Translations under genes and position numbers: made by a program | The notes under the pieces: generated by a model | Seen by the model: only the letters and a program-made list of their open reading frames with translations | Databases searched by the model: none | Told to the model about the DNA's origin: nothing | In this document: one piece after another, positions 38,734-48,464 of the stretch | Layout of the letters: each line of letters begins with the position of its first letter | Position numbering within the stretch: position 1 is the stretch's first letter | Assembly: GCA_934157205.1 (NCBI GenBank) | Contig: CAKPHJ010000003.1 | Location: forward strand, 2,624-66,623 | Source: an uncultured Clostridia bacterium | GTDB lineage: Bacteria > Bacillota > Clostridia > TANB77 > CAG-508 | Length of the DNA: 64,000 bases | Direction: 5' to 3'

Positions 38734-41484
38734 TTATTGTGCTGCAGTTTCATTTTTGCTTGTGTCTTCTGTGTTTGTTGTATTTTCTACTGTATTAGCT
38801 GTATTTTCAGTTGTGTTTGCTACAGTATTTTTACTAGTGTTTGTAGTATTTTTTGTTGTATTGGTTACTGTATTTTCAGTTTTTTCAGTTTTTTCTGTTT
38901 CTTTTGGCTTTGTATGTAAAGTACATACTCCTTCAATTTTTTTCTTTCCAGATGATGAACTTCCATTTACTGGTTTCCATAAATTTAATTGTTCTTTAGG
39001 TATTACTGCTCCATAATAGTTAGTTCTAACAGTACAATATTGTGAACAATATGCTGTTGCTATTTTATTAGATTCTGAACAAATAGTTTGAGAACCATGA
39101 CCTTGACATTTTTCTGGTAAGTTGTCTGATGTGAATATTTCTTTGTATGTACTGCTACAACCTGTTGTAGCTAAACAGCCTGTTGTTTTACATACAGTTT
39201 GTTCTACTATTCCATCTGGTTTTATAAATGTTGCACTTGCTAAATTTTTGTGAATATCTGTCATAACAGCATCCCATATTTGACCTGCTGGGTTTGTTCC
39301 ACCATATTTAACTTCTTCTTGATTATCATATCCATACCAACATGCTGCTGCATAATATGGTGTGAATCCGCATAACCATCTATCATAGCTATTATCTGTT
39401 GTACCAGTTTTAGCTGCTACATCCATTCCAGAAATTGCACAATATGTTGCTGTTCCATTTTTTACTGGTTCTTGCAATATTGATTTTGTAATATATGCAT
39501 TTTGTTCTGATATTACTCTACGTTTTTCTTGATTTGGTGTTAATACAGTGTTTCCACTTGAATCAACCACTTTTGTATAGAATGTTGGTGTTATATATTC
39601 TCCATCATTTGCAATTGTAGCATATGCTGCTGCCATTTCTAATGGGCTTATACCATCTGAAATTCCACCTATTGCAAGTGGTAAGCTTTCATCATCTTTT
39701 TTAGCATCTTCACCTGTTTTATATAAACTTGATATCCCAAAATTTCTTAAATAATCTATAGATTTTCCTGGTGTTAATTCTCTCATTATTTTTACTTCTG
39801 GAACATTTTTTGATTTTGCAATAATATATCTGATGTTTTGTAATCCATCATAGTCTTTTCCATCATTTTTAGGCTGATATCCATTAAAATCTGTTAAAAC
39901 ATCATCATATACTGTTGCAGCTGTTATTATTTTTTCTTGTAGAGCTGGTGCAATATCTGCAATTGGTTTTATACTTGACCCTGGTTGTCTTTTTATTTGT
40001 GTTGCTCTATTTAAATTAGCCCCAGTTTTTTCTCCAAGTCCTCCAGATACGCCCAAAACATTTCCTGTTTTATAGTCTATAACTACCATTGCTGCTTGTG
40101 TATGATCATTTAGTGTTTTTCCTGTTTTGTCTTTTTCATATCCTTTTACTTGATATTTTGTTTTTGCTGTTTCTTCTTCAAGTCTAGCTTGTATATTTTT
40201 GTCTACAGTAGAATAAATTGTTAGTCCACTACCATATACATAATTTTTTGCAAGTTCTCTAGATATGTCTTTTTCATTCATTACTTGATCTATAACTTGT
40301 TCTATTATTGCATCTGTATGGTATGAATAATTTGTTCCACTGCTTAGCTCTCCTTTTGAAAATGGTAAACCATTTTCAACTTTTGCAACTGCTGCATCAT
40401 ATTCTTCTTGATTTTCTATGTATTTTAAGTCTTTCATCTTTTTTAGAACTGTTAATGTTCTTTTCTTTATTTTTTCTGAATTGTCCTTTGATGAATCAAA
40501 TGGATCATATCCGTTTGGCGAATGATTTATACCTGCCATAAAAGCACATTCTGCTAAATCTAAATCTTTTGCACTTTTATTAAAATAATATTCAGCTCCA
40601 AGTTCTACACCATGTATATTGTTTGAACCTACGAATAATATGTTTAAATATAATTCTAATATTTGATTTTTAGATATCATTCTTTCTACTTGATATGCTT
40701 TTGTCCATTCTTTAACCTTTCTAAAGATTCCTGCAATCCCTGATGTTTCGTCATCTTTAGTTATGTTTTTTACTAGCTGTTGAGTTATAGTACTTCCACC
40801 GTAAGAACTATTTCCCATTAATGTTTTTACTATTGCTCCTGCTGTTCTTTTTAAGTCTACACCACTATGCTTGTAAAATCTTTCGTCTTCTATTGCAACA
40901 TATGCTTTTGGCAAATAATCTGCCATATCTGCTAATGTTATTATTTTTCTTTTTTCATCTCCACTTAGGTTTGCTATAACCTCTCCATTTGTATCAACAA
41001 CTACAGAATTTGCTGACCCTATAGTTAGTTCTTTTTTGCTTATTTCAAATTCGTCCCCAAATAAGCCGAAAAACATTCCTGCAAAAACCCCTGCACCTAT
41101 TACACATGCTAGTAATATGATTATTATTAATATTTTTATTGCCATTTTTAGTTTTGAATGTTTATTTTTATTCTTGTTTTGTCTTTTTTTGTTTTCTCTA
41201 TTTCTTTCTCTATCTTTATTTTTATATTCTATTTTTTCAAATGGTTCTATTTCATTTTTGTAATTTGATGTTCTCATATTCGCACTTGTTGATGGCCTTG
41301 TTCTTTGATTTCTTGTTCCACTTCTACCAAAATGAGTTCTTGTAGCTTTTGGATTTCTACTATTTCTATTGTTTCTACTATTTTTACTATTTCTGCTATG
41401 TGTTATGTGTGATTGCTTTTTCCTTGAAACTGGAACTTTGTATGGTCTTGTTCTTTCATTATTTTCATCTTCTCGATTTGGCAT
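38734..41484 (-). CDS. class A penicillin-binding protein (PBP1A-type transglycosylase/transpeptidase) with unusual terminal extensions
   Basis: 916 aa. GT51 motifs (AIEDERFYKHSGVD, RKxxE) and a transpeptidase domain (SxxK at GSSIK, KTGT). It has a ~110-aa Arg/Asn/Ser-rich basic N-terminus before the transmembrane helix and a C-terminal Thr/Asn-rich repetitive tail. Confidence 0.9.
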   Translation of the reverse strand: MPNREDENNERTRPYKVPVSRKKQSHITHSRNSKNSRNNRNSRNPKATRTHFGRSGTRNQRTRPSTSANMRTSNYKNEIEPFEKIEYKNKDRERNRENKKRQNKNKNKHSKLKMAIKILIIIILLACVIGAGVFAGMFFGLFGDEFEISKKELTIGSANSVVVDTNGEVIANLSGDEKRKIITLADMADYLPKAYVAIEDERFYKHSGVDLKRTAGAIVKTLMGNSSYGGSTITQQLVKNITKDDETSGIAGIFRKVKEWTKAYQVERMISKNQILELYLNILFVGSNNIHGVELGAEYYFNKSAKDLDLAECAFMAGINHSPNGYDPFDSSKDNSEKIKKRTLTVLKKMKDLKYIENQEEYDAAVAKVENGLPFSKGELSSGTNYSYHTDAIIEQVIDQVMNEKDISRELAKNYVYGSGLTIYSTVDKNIQARLEEETAKTKYQVKGYEKDKTGKTLNDHTQAAMVVIDYKTGNVLGVSGGLGEKTGANLNRATQIKRQPGSSIKPIADIAPALQEKIITAATVYDDVLTDFNGYQPKNDGKDYDGLQNIRYIIAKSKNVPEVKIMRELTPGKSIDYLRNFGISSLYKTGEDAKKDDESLPLAIGGISDGISPLEMAAAYATIANDGEYITPTFYTKVVDSSGNTVLTPNQEKRRVISEQNAYITKSILQEPVKNGTATYCAISGMDVAAKTGTTDNSYDRWLCGFTPYYAAACWYGYDNQEEVKYGGTNPAGQIWDAVMTDIHKNLASATFIKPDGIVEQTVCKTTGCLATTGCSSTYKEIFTSDNLPEKCQGHGSQTICSESNKIATAYCSQYCTVRTNYYGAVIPKEQLNLWKPVNGSSSSGKKKIEGVCTLHTKPKETEKTEKTENTVTNTTKNTTNTSKNTVANTTENTANTVENTTNTEDTSKNETAAQ

Positions 41485-41581
41485 TCTACTCCCTCCTTGC
41501 CATTGTGTTTTGATGTTTATATTATATTATACTTTTTTGAAAAAAGAAAGGTTTTTGCAATTTTTTTACTTATCTTTAATT

Positions 41582-42574
41582 TTATTTTATGACACTTTTA
41601 ATAAAATTCTTTAAATACTCTTTATCTAATTTAAATAAATAAAAACAAGCCTTTTCTAAACCAGTCATTATTGAAACAAGTTTTCCTTCATCTACTAAAT
41701 TTAATTCTTTTTCCATTTTACAATAATAATTGTATATTTCGTTTTCAAACAATTCAAAGTCTTTTATTCTTATTGACCAAAAACTCATTTTTATTACCAC
41801 ATTGACAATTGAATAAACATTATATAAATCCAAATCGTTATGATTATTTTTCAAATCATAATATCTTTCAAACACTGCATTTATGTAATCATTTATGCCT
41901 TCTCTAGTTATATTATTTACTATACTTTCACATCTTTGGTAGTAGTGGTACATAGGCACTGGATTATATATGATTTTATTTGCTTTTTCAAATAATTTAT
42001 AAGTAGTAGATATGTCTTCATAAAGTCTTCCTACAGGAAATAATATATTTTCAAACAATTTTCTTTTAAATAATTTTACTGTTACATAGTTTCCTATATT
42101 TTTATCATATAAAAGTTGTTCTAATGCCTGCTTTTTATCCATTATTATGTATTTAACTTCGTTTTTTTTAGTTTCATCATTTACTTTATATGTTTCTATT
42201 AAATCACACATAGATATTTCACATTGATATTTTTCTGCTCCATTAATTAGTATTTTAAACATATCTTTGTCTATGTAATCATCACTATCTACAAAACCAA
42301 TATAATCTCCAGTTGCTTTTTTTATTCCAGTATTTCTAGTATCTGATACTCCTGTGTGTTTTTTGTCTATTACAATTATTCTATTATCTATATTTTTATA
42401 TTTATTGCATATATTTAAACTATTATCAGTAGATCCGTCATTTACTAATATAATTTCAATATTTTTGTATTCTTGTTTTATTATGCTTTGTATGCATTGC
42501 TCTAGATATTGTTCTGTGTTATAAATTGGAACTATAATACTAATTTTATTATTTTGTTTTATTAAATCTGACAT
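41582..42574 (-). CDS. family 2 glycosyltransferase
   Basis: ISIIVPIYNTEQYLEQCIQSIIKQEYKNIEIILVNDGSTD with VDSDD. Confidence 0.85.
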   Translation of the reverse strand: MSDLIKQNNKISIIVPIYNTEQYLEQCIQSIIKQEYKNIEIILVNDGSTDNSLNICNKYKNIDNRIIVIDKKHTGVSDTRNTGIKKATGDYIGFVDSDDYIDKDMFKILINGAEKYQCEISMCDLIETYKVNDETKKNEVKYIIMDKKQALEQLLYDKNIGNYVTVKLFKRKLFENILFPVGRLYEDISTTYKLFEKANKIIYNPVPMYHYYQRCESIVNNITREGINDYINAVFERYYDLKNNHNDLDLYNVYSIVNVVIKMSFWSIRIKDFELFENEIYNYYCKMEKELNLVDEGKLVSIMTGLEKACFYLFKLDKEYLKNFIKSVIK

Positions 42575-42627
42575 TTTATTCCTCCATTATATTGATAATG
42601 AATTTGTTTATTACTATTATTCTATAT

Positions 42628-43317
42628 TTATAAAACTTTATTTAATTTCATTTCAATATTTTTCTTATCTCCTTCGTCTTCTATATTTTTCAAAACAAAT
42701 TTATTATATCCTCTTTTTACCAAAATTTCATATGCATTCCACACCTCTTGTGGAATTTCCATTTTTATTTGCCATCCTTTTTCGTAAAATAATTTCATTC
42801 GTTGAATATCTCCAACCAAAACATTAATCCATTCATCACCTTGTCTTTTATAATATTCTTCACAACTAATATTTTCTGAATGAATTATAACATCATATTC
42901 TGGCATAATTTTCTTAAATGCTGCATATGTTCTCTTTTCACTATAGGGCTTACACACAACTATACATGATTTTATATTTAAATTTTCTTTTTCTATTAAT
43001 TTTTTTGAAAACCTAAAATTATCTCCTGTATTTGTTGATTCTTTTTCTAAATATATATTTTTTCTTGGAATTCCTTTTTTAGTTGCAATTTCTGCAAATT
43101 TTTCCGCTTCTGTTTTGTTCCATAATTTATATGTAATTTTCCCTAAACCTCCAGAAAATATTATTTTGTTAGCATACCCTTTTAAATATAATTCAGATGT
43201 AACATTAGCAACGTTTATATCTTTTGTTCCTAATCCAATAAGACAATCTGATTTTTTAAGTTCATGATTCATTTTCATATAGTCCCATAGAATTTGAATA
43301 CATTTTATATCTTTCAT
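42628..43317 (-). CDS. YdcF/DUF218-family protein (SanA/ElyC-like)
   Basis: 229 aa: ...CLIGLGTKD...IIFSGGLGKIT...STNTGDNFRFS..., DUF218-like motifs. Confidence 0.6.
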   Translation of the reverse strand: MKDIKCIQILWDYMKMNHELKKSDCLIGLGTKDINVANVTSELYLKGYANKIIFSGGLGKITYKLWNKTEAEKFAEIATKKGIPRKNIYLEKESTNTGDNFRFSKKLIEKENLNIKSCIVVCKPYSEKRTYAAFKKIMPEYDVIIHSENISCEEYYKRQGDEWINVLVGDIQRMKLFYEKGWQIKMEIPQEVWNAYEILVKRGYNKFVLKNIEDEGDKKNIEMKLNKVL

Positions 43318-43875
43318 AATTTAAAAACTCCTTCTTTAATTTTGTTTTATTAATTGAATTTATTGCGTTTTCTTCAAATTTTTTTATCATATTATCTATA
43401 TAATTAAAAAATTTTTATTCAACTTTAATAGTATTGTTTTGCTAACTTTTATATTTTTTTATTACACACAAATTATATCAAAAATATCCATTTTTTACAA
43501 TTAAAATTGGCATCTAATCACAAACCTGCGAAAATTTGTTTTTCTTCTATTGATTTTCAATAAATGATATACTAGCAAACATAGGAAATGAACATTGTAA
43601 TATATATGTGTGCCACTGCACTAATGAATAAAAATAACAACACATTCTGCTCTCTACCAAATTGCGAATGTGTTATTATAACTATATGTAGTGGTAACCG
43701 CATTCACTGCGGTTATTCATTGACTTGAATTTATAAATTCGTTTGAGGTTAAAATAATGTTTTTCATATCTTTCCTTTTCTACCTTCTCTTTATCATCAT
43801 TAATTACTTTTCCTTGAATATATAATTTCTCCATTTTGTGCTATTAAATAACAAGCATAACGAGTCAATTCATAT

Positions 43876-44490
43876 TTATAGTCCTTTATATTCTGTATTA
43901 TATCCAGAATTTTCAGTAGGTCGTTTAGCATTAGGGTACATTACATCAGTATAAATATCAGTTTGTAATTTCTTTACCATATTATATACATCTATATAAT
44001 TAGAAATGCTATCAATACTTATAGTTTCACTTGTTCCTTTTTGAGACAATTGATTAGTTGTTGCTATTATATCACCCACATTAAACATTTGATCAAAAAT
44101 TCCTCTATGTAAGTTGATATGAGATAATTCAGCAAAAGGCTTAGTATTAATATTTTGTATAAATACTCCTCTCGATACATAAATAGCTCTATCTGTAACA
44201 ATATATGCGGTATTTTTATATCTTCTAGCAGTAAATAAAATGCCACCTAAATACATCCATACTGGCATCATATGAAATAGCATAAAAAGAATAATAAAAA
44301 ATGACATATTCTCAAAATCTTCTACAACAAAAACCTCACCAAAAATGCTAAAATCAAAAATTGTCCATAATAATGCAAATGGTAATAATGGGTTAAAAAT
44401 ACTTTCAAATATATAACATTTTTTATTTGGTTTACCTTCATATAAAATTTTTTCGTTAGAACCAACTATTTTCTTTAATTCTTCTATCAT
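43876..44490 (-). CDS. bacterial PH-domain membrane protein (YdbS/DUF304-like)
   Basis: 204 aa with two transmembrane helices followed by ...YIVTDRAIYVSRGVF..., the bPH_2 signature. Confidence 0.65.
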   Translation of the reverse strand: MIEELKKIVGSNEKILYEGKPNKKCYIFESIFNPLLPFALLWTIFDFSIFGEVFVVEDFENMSFFIILFMLFHMMPVWMYLGGILFTARRYKNTAYIVTDRAIYVSRGVFIQNINTKPFAELSHINLHRGIFDQMFNVGDIIATTNQLSQKGTSETISIDSISNYIDVYNMVKKLQTDIYTDVMYPNAKRPTENSGYNTEYKGL

Positions 44491-44687
44491 ATTAATTCCC
44501 CCTCGTTTCTATTATATATAAAAAAAATTCAAATTTCAATAATTTCATATCTTCAAATTCATTTTCGTTGGTCAAAAAAAGACCGCTTCTTTTTGAAACG
44601 GTTTAAGATTTTTGTGTTCGCCAAATTTTTATTAGTTTGGAATCAAGTTATTTCAATACTTTTAAAGAGTTCGACAAAAACTCGCTT

Positions 44688-44770
44688 TGGTGCCGTTGGT
44701 GGGACTCGAACCCACATGGTTTCCCGCTGGATTTTGAATCCAGTGCGTCTGCCAATTCCGCCACAACGGC
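44688..44770 (-). tRNA. tRNA-Leu (anticodon CAA)
   Basis: Reverse complement is GCCGTTGTGGCGGAATTGGCAGACGCACTGGATTCAAAATCCAGCGGGAAACCATGTGGGTTCGAGTCCCACCAACGGCACCA. It forms a cloverleaf with a long variable arm, a CTGGA/TCCAG anticodon stem around the loop TTCAAAA, and an encoded CCA. Confidence 0.85.
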
Positions 44771-44882
44771 TTATTTATATCGTATAAACAACTTTAACTA
44801 TATTAACACAAATTAATCAAATTGTCTATAATTTTTAAAAATAAATTCCAAATAAAAATTTAGGATAAGTAAAAAAATTTGT

Positions 44883-44951
44883 TTACAATTCACAGCTAAA
44901 TAAAATTAATTTAATCAGTTATATTAAAATTTAATAAGCTATGAATTGTAA
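44883..44951. repeat. TTACAATT...AATTGTAA inverted-repeat element (copy 3)
   Basis: Arms TTACAATTCACAGC / GCTATGAATTGTAA with a 41-nt loop, located 3' of the 762-aa ORF. Confidence 0.5.
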
Positions 44952-45019
44952 TTAAATTATGTTATTAAAAATGTTTAAATAAAAAATTTATATTATAATA
45001 TCTAATTAATATATATTTT

Positions 45020-47308
45020 TTATAAAATATCATATTCATATACAGTTATTGCTTTTAGTGTTATTTTTGAAAAGTCATCTTTTTCATTTTCATAATTTAT
45101 TATTTTAAAATTACTTTTCTGTTTTGGTTTTAGTTTTAATTTTTGTGTATCTACTAAAATTTTTGTAGAAATATCTTGTCCTATTGGTAGGGTTTTATTT
45201 GTATTATCATAAAAAATACTGTTTGTATAGCTAATAGCATGAGTTCCTTTTTTTAAGTTTATTTTGTAAAAACTTATTTTTCCTTTTCCTATTTTTATTG
45301 CTCTTTGTATTTCTGTTTCTGGATTTAATTCAAATATATTTATATCTTTTACTTCTAGTTTTTCGTCATTTTTTGCTATATATACTGGTAAGTCTTCTGT
45401 AATAGTAATCTTTTTTAATGCTTTTTTTATATTTTCAATTACTTTTTCAAGTGTAAGTTTATATCCAAGTGCTTTACTATTTTGGTTTATTTCTAATATT
45501 GTAAACTTGTCCTTAGGTGTTTCTCTATGTTTCTTGTCTTTTAGCCCAGAAATTTTAGTATTTTCTTTTGACATACCTCCAAAAATATCAAATTCATCTT
45601 CACTTAATAATTTTTCGTCAACAGCTTCTTTTTTTAGTTCTCTTAAATTTGCAGTTATTTCTCTAGGAGATACTTCATTGCTTTTTACTTTATTTAATAA
45701 TTTAATAAGGTTTGTACTTGAAATGTATATGCTGTCCAATTCTTCTTTTGATAATTCTTTTCTTTGAATTTTGTCCATTGTTTTTCCGAATTTTTCTAAA
45801 TCTTCTTCATAATCAAATACTTTTGTTATTTTCTTTATAATGTTTACTTCCTCTTCTTCTCCTTCTGGAAGAGATGACATTTCATCTTTGTTACTGTATC
45901 TCCAAAATTCAAATATGCTTTTTTTATGACTGTCAATTTCTGCTATAAAATTGCTAGCATTTTCTATCTTTTTTTGCATATTTTTCTTTTTTAACTTTAG
46001 ACTATTTATATCCATAAATAATTTTTTTAATATTGTTTCCTTTTCTTCAAATTCTTTATATAATTCTACTAATTCTTCTATTGTATAATTTGATTTATGT
46101 TCTCTTTTTTTGATTTCTTTTTTATTTGTTTTTGATTCTATATTTTCATTTTGTGGTTCAATAATTTTCTTTTGATTTTTATTACTTTTTTTGCCATATT
46201 TAAAATAATATTTAAATTTTCCAAAAAATGATTTTTTGCATTCTAAAAATGTTGATATTTGCTTTTCTTTAGCAAGATACTCAATATCTTGACTTGCAAT
46301 TTCAATTTTTAAGTTTTTTAATTTTTCATTATTTTTTTCTATTAATTCTTCAGCTACCTTTATTCTTTCTATACCTTTTTCATATTCTTGGTTAATCCAC
46401 TTTGGTATTTCTTCATAAGTTATATTTTTATTTTCTGCAAAAAATTCAATTCCACCATTTTTAGAGATATCTGTTCTAAATTTAAAGTAGTTTGGAAGCT
46501 CTGTTTCTAAAATAAACATAGCTTTTAAAAGCTTATAAAATTTTACTGTTTCTTCTTTAGTGTCTAATTTTATTCTATATGAACTTTTTATTTTTTCATA
46601 TACTTCTGTTTCTCCAATGATTCTAATACTTAAATTGTTTTTTTTGTCATATACTTCATATATAAGTGGCCAATCTTTTGTAAATAGCCATAAATAGTTT
46701 TCAATGTCTTCAAATTGTGATTTTTTAAGGTAATTGTTGCTATATTCTATATTCCTTATTGGTACATAAATTTTTTCTGTTTTATTGTCTTCTATTTTCT
46801 TTTTTAATAGATAGAAAAATGTTGAATAGTTTGAATCTTCTATTGGAACTATCATAAAATAAATATTTGTTTCTTCTGAATAATATATTTGCCATAAATA
46901 GTTACTTTCGAATTTTACTTTAAATGGTATTTTTCTGTTTAATTTTACTTGTTCTTCTTGGATTTTTTCTACTTCTTTTATGTCAAATTGTTTCAACATA
47001 TTTAAAAAAGTTGTATATTTTAAAATATTATTTTCATTGCTACTGTCTAAGTATTCATATAATGGACTTGCTTTTTTGTATTTTAGCTCTATTTCATCTA
47101 GTCTGTTAGTTGGAGATAATAAAATTTGTATATCTTTTATTGGAACATATCTATATTGTTTATATTGCTTTTCATCGTTAAATTTTGATAATTTAAAATC
47201 TATAGACTTAAATTGCTTTAACTGTTTTGGTATATTTTCTAAATCTAATCCTAAGTATTCTAATTTTTGTTCAATATTATCTTTATTTTCTACTGCTTTT
47301 CTTGGCAA
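45020..47308 (-). CDS. large hypothetical protein (762 aa, coiled-coil rich, no recognisable domain)
   Basis: Long uninterrupted ORF with coding-like composition. It is soluble and Lys/Glu-rich and has no P-loop or transmembrane segment. Confidence 0.5.
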   Translation of the reverse strand: MPRKAVENKDNIEQKLEYLGLDLENIPKQLKQFKSIDFKLSKFNDEKQYKQYRYVPIKDIQILLSPTNRLDEIELKYKKASPLYEYLDSSNENNILKYTTFLNMLKQFDIKEVEKIQEEQVKLNRKIPFKVKFESNYLWQIYYSEETNIYFMIVPIEDSNYSTFFYLLKKKIEDNKTEKIYVPIRNIEYSNNYLKKSQFEDIENYLWLFTKDWPLIYEVYDKKNNLSIRIIGETEVYEKIKSSYRIKLDTKEETVKFYKLLKAMFILETELPNYFKFRTDISKNGGIEFFAENKNITYEEIPKWINQEYEKGIERIKVAEELIEKNNEKLKNLKIEIASQDIEYLAKEKQISTFLECKKSFFGKFKYYFKYGKKSNKNQKKIIEPQNENIESKTNKKEIKKREHKSNYTIEELVELYKEFEEKETILKKLFMDINSLKLKKKNMQKKIENASNFIAEIDSHKKSIFEFWRYSNKDEMSSLPEGEEEEVNIIKKITKVFDYEEDLEKFGKTMDKIQRKELSKEELDSIYISSTNLIKLLNKVKSNEVSPREITANLRELKKEAVDEKLLSEDEFDIFGGMSKENTKISGLKDKKHRETPKDKFTILEINQNSKALGYKLTLEKVIENIKKALKKITITEDLPVYIAKNDEKLEVKDINIFELNPETEIQRAIKIGKGKISFYKINLKKGTHAISYTNSIFYDNTNKTLPIGQDISTKILVDTQKLKLKPKQKSNFKIINYENEKDDFSKITLKAITVYEYDIL

Positions 47309-47472
47309 TTTTTTTCTCTCCTCCTTGTATAATATATTCAGGGTTAAAAATACCCTAAAAATTTATATTATGTCACTTTCGTGATATAATCTTTTTATTA
47401 ACACTGTGGACTCTTATTCCTCCTATTTATTAATTATTTTATAAAACTTTAAAAATTATATTTTGTTAATTA

Positions 47473-48399
47473 TTATTTTATTATTTCATAAAAATTTTTA
47501 AATTCATATCCTTGTTCTTTCAAATATTGAATTATTTGTGGTAAAGCTTGAACTGTAACCTCTTTTGATGGTGAGTCATGCATTAATATAACAATACTCT
47601 TTTTGTTTTCTGTTGTTTCTTTTATTTTTTGTAGTTCAAATTCTATAGTAGGTGTTTGTGTTTCTGCATCACCATTAAGTGCATTCCAGTCAACATTTAC
47701 AATATTATTTTGATTTAATATTTCTTTTGCTTGTTTTTTTAGTTCTGCATATTTTCCACCAACTAATCCGCCTGGAAATCTAAATAAATGTGAATCATAT
47801 TCTGGATTTTCTATTGCTTTTTGTACAGCTATATTACATTTTGTATATTCTTCTAACACAGATTCTGGTGAACTATATATTGAAGAATATACATGTGAAT
47901 ATCCATGGTTTGCTATATAATGACCTTCTTTATATACTTGTTTTACTATATTGGGCGAGTTTTCTACTCTTGAACCTAACATAAAAAATGTTGCTTTTAC
48001 ATTTTCCTTTTTTAAAATTTCTAATATGTATGGAGTTTGAGACGAAGGTCCATCATCAAATGTTAGAAAAGCTCTTTTCTTTTCTGAGTCTGAACTGTAT
48101 ATATGTTTTATATTTTCTTTTCCTATATCAGTTAGTTGAGGTGTATATTTTATAGTTTGTGCTGAATTATCTTTGTTGTTTGAATTATTAGACTGGTTTT
48201 GAATTTCAATTTGTGCAATTTGAGATTCATATTGTTTGTATATTTTACTATACTTTATATTTATAAATAAATTTTTTATAAATAATATTAAGCAAATTAT
48301 TATTAATACAAAACATATAGTAATTATTACCTTTTTTATGTCTATCTTTTCTTCTGTTTCTATTTTATAAATATTATATTCATTATCTTTTTCTACCAT
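47473..48399 (-). CDS. polysaccharide deacetylase (NodB-family, membrane-anchored)
   Basis: 308 aa: an N-terminal transmembrane helix, then FLTFDDGPSSQTPYILEILKKENVKATFFMLGSRV...HGYSH, NodB catalytic motifs. Confidence 0.85.
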   Translation of the reverse strand: MVEKDNEYNIYKIETEEKIDIKKVIITICFVLIIICLILFIKNLFINIKYSKIYKQYESQIAQIEIQNQSNNSNNKDNSAQTIKYTPQLTDIGKENIKHIYSSDSEKKRAFLTFDDGPSSQTPYILEILKKENVKATFFMLGSRVENSPNIVKQVYKEGHYIANHGYSHVYSSIYSSPESVLEEYTKCNIAVQKAIENPEYDSHLFRFPGGLVGGKYAELKKQAKEILNQNNIVNVDWNALNGDAETQTPTIEFELQKIKETTENKKSIVILMHDSPSKEVTVQALPQIIQYLKEQGYEFKNFYEIIK

Positions 48400-48421
48400 T
48401 TCTATTTCCTTAATATATTAT

Positions 48422-48462
48422 AGAACAAATAAGAAAAATTAAAAATTTTTCTTATTTGTTCT
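48422..48462 (-). terminator. rho-independent terminator hairpin downstream of metG, member of a repeat family
   Basis: AGAACAAATAAGAAAAATTAAAAATTTTTCTTATTTGTTCT, about 90% identical to 15312..15352. Confidence 0.5.
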
Positions 48463-48464
48463 TA

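Noticed and set aside
44593-44787. 64-aa plus-strand ORF overlapping tRNA-Leu.
   Set aside because: It overlaps a confidently folded tRNA gene on the opposite strand. There is no ribosome-binding site and the sequence is not protein-like.
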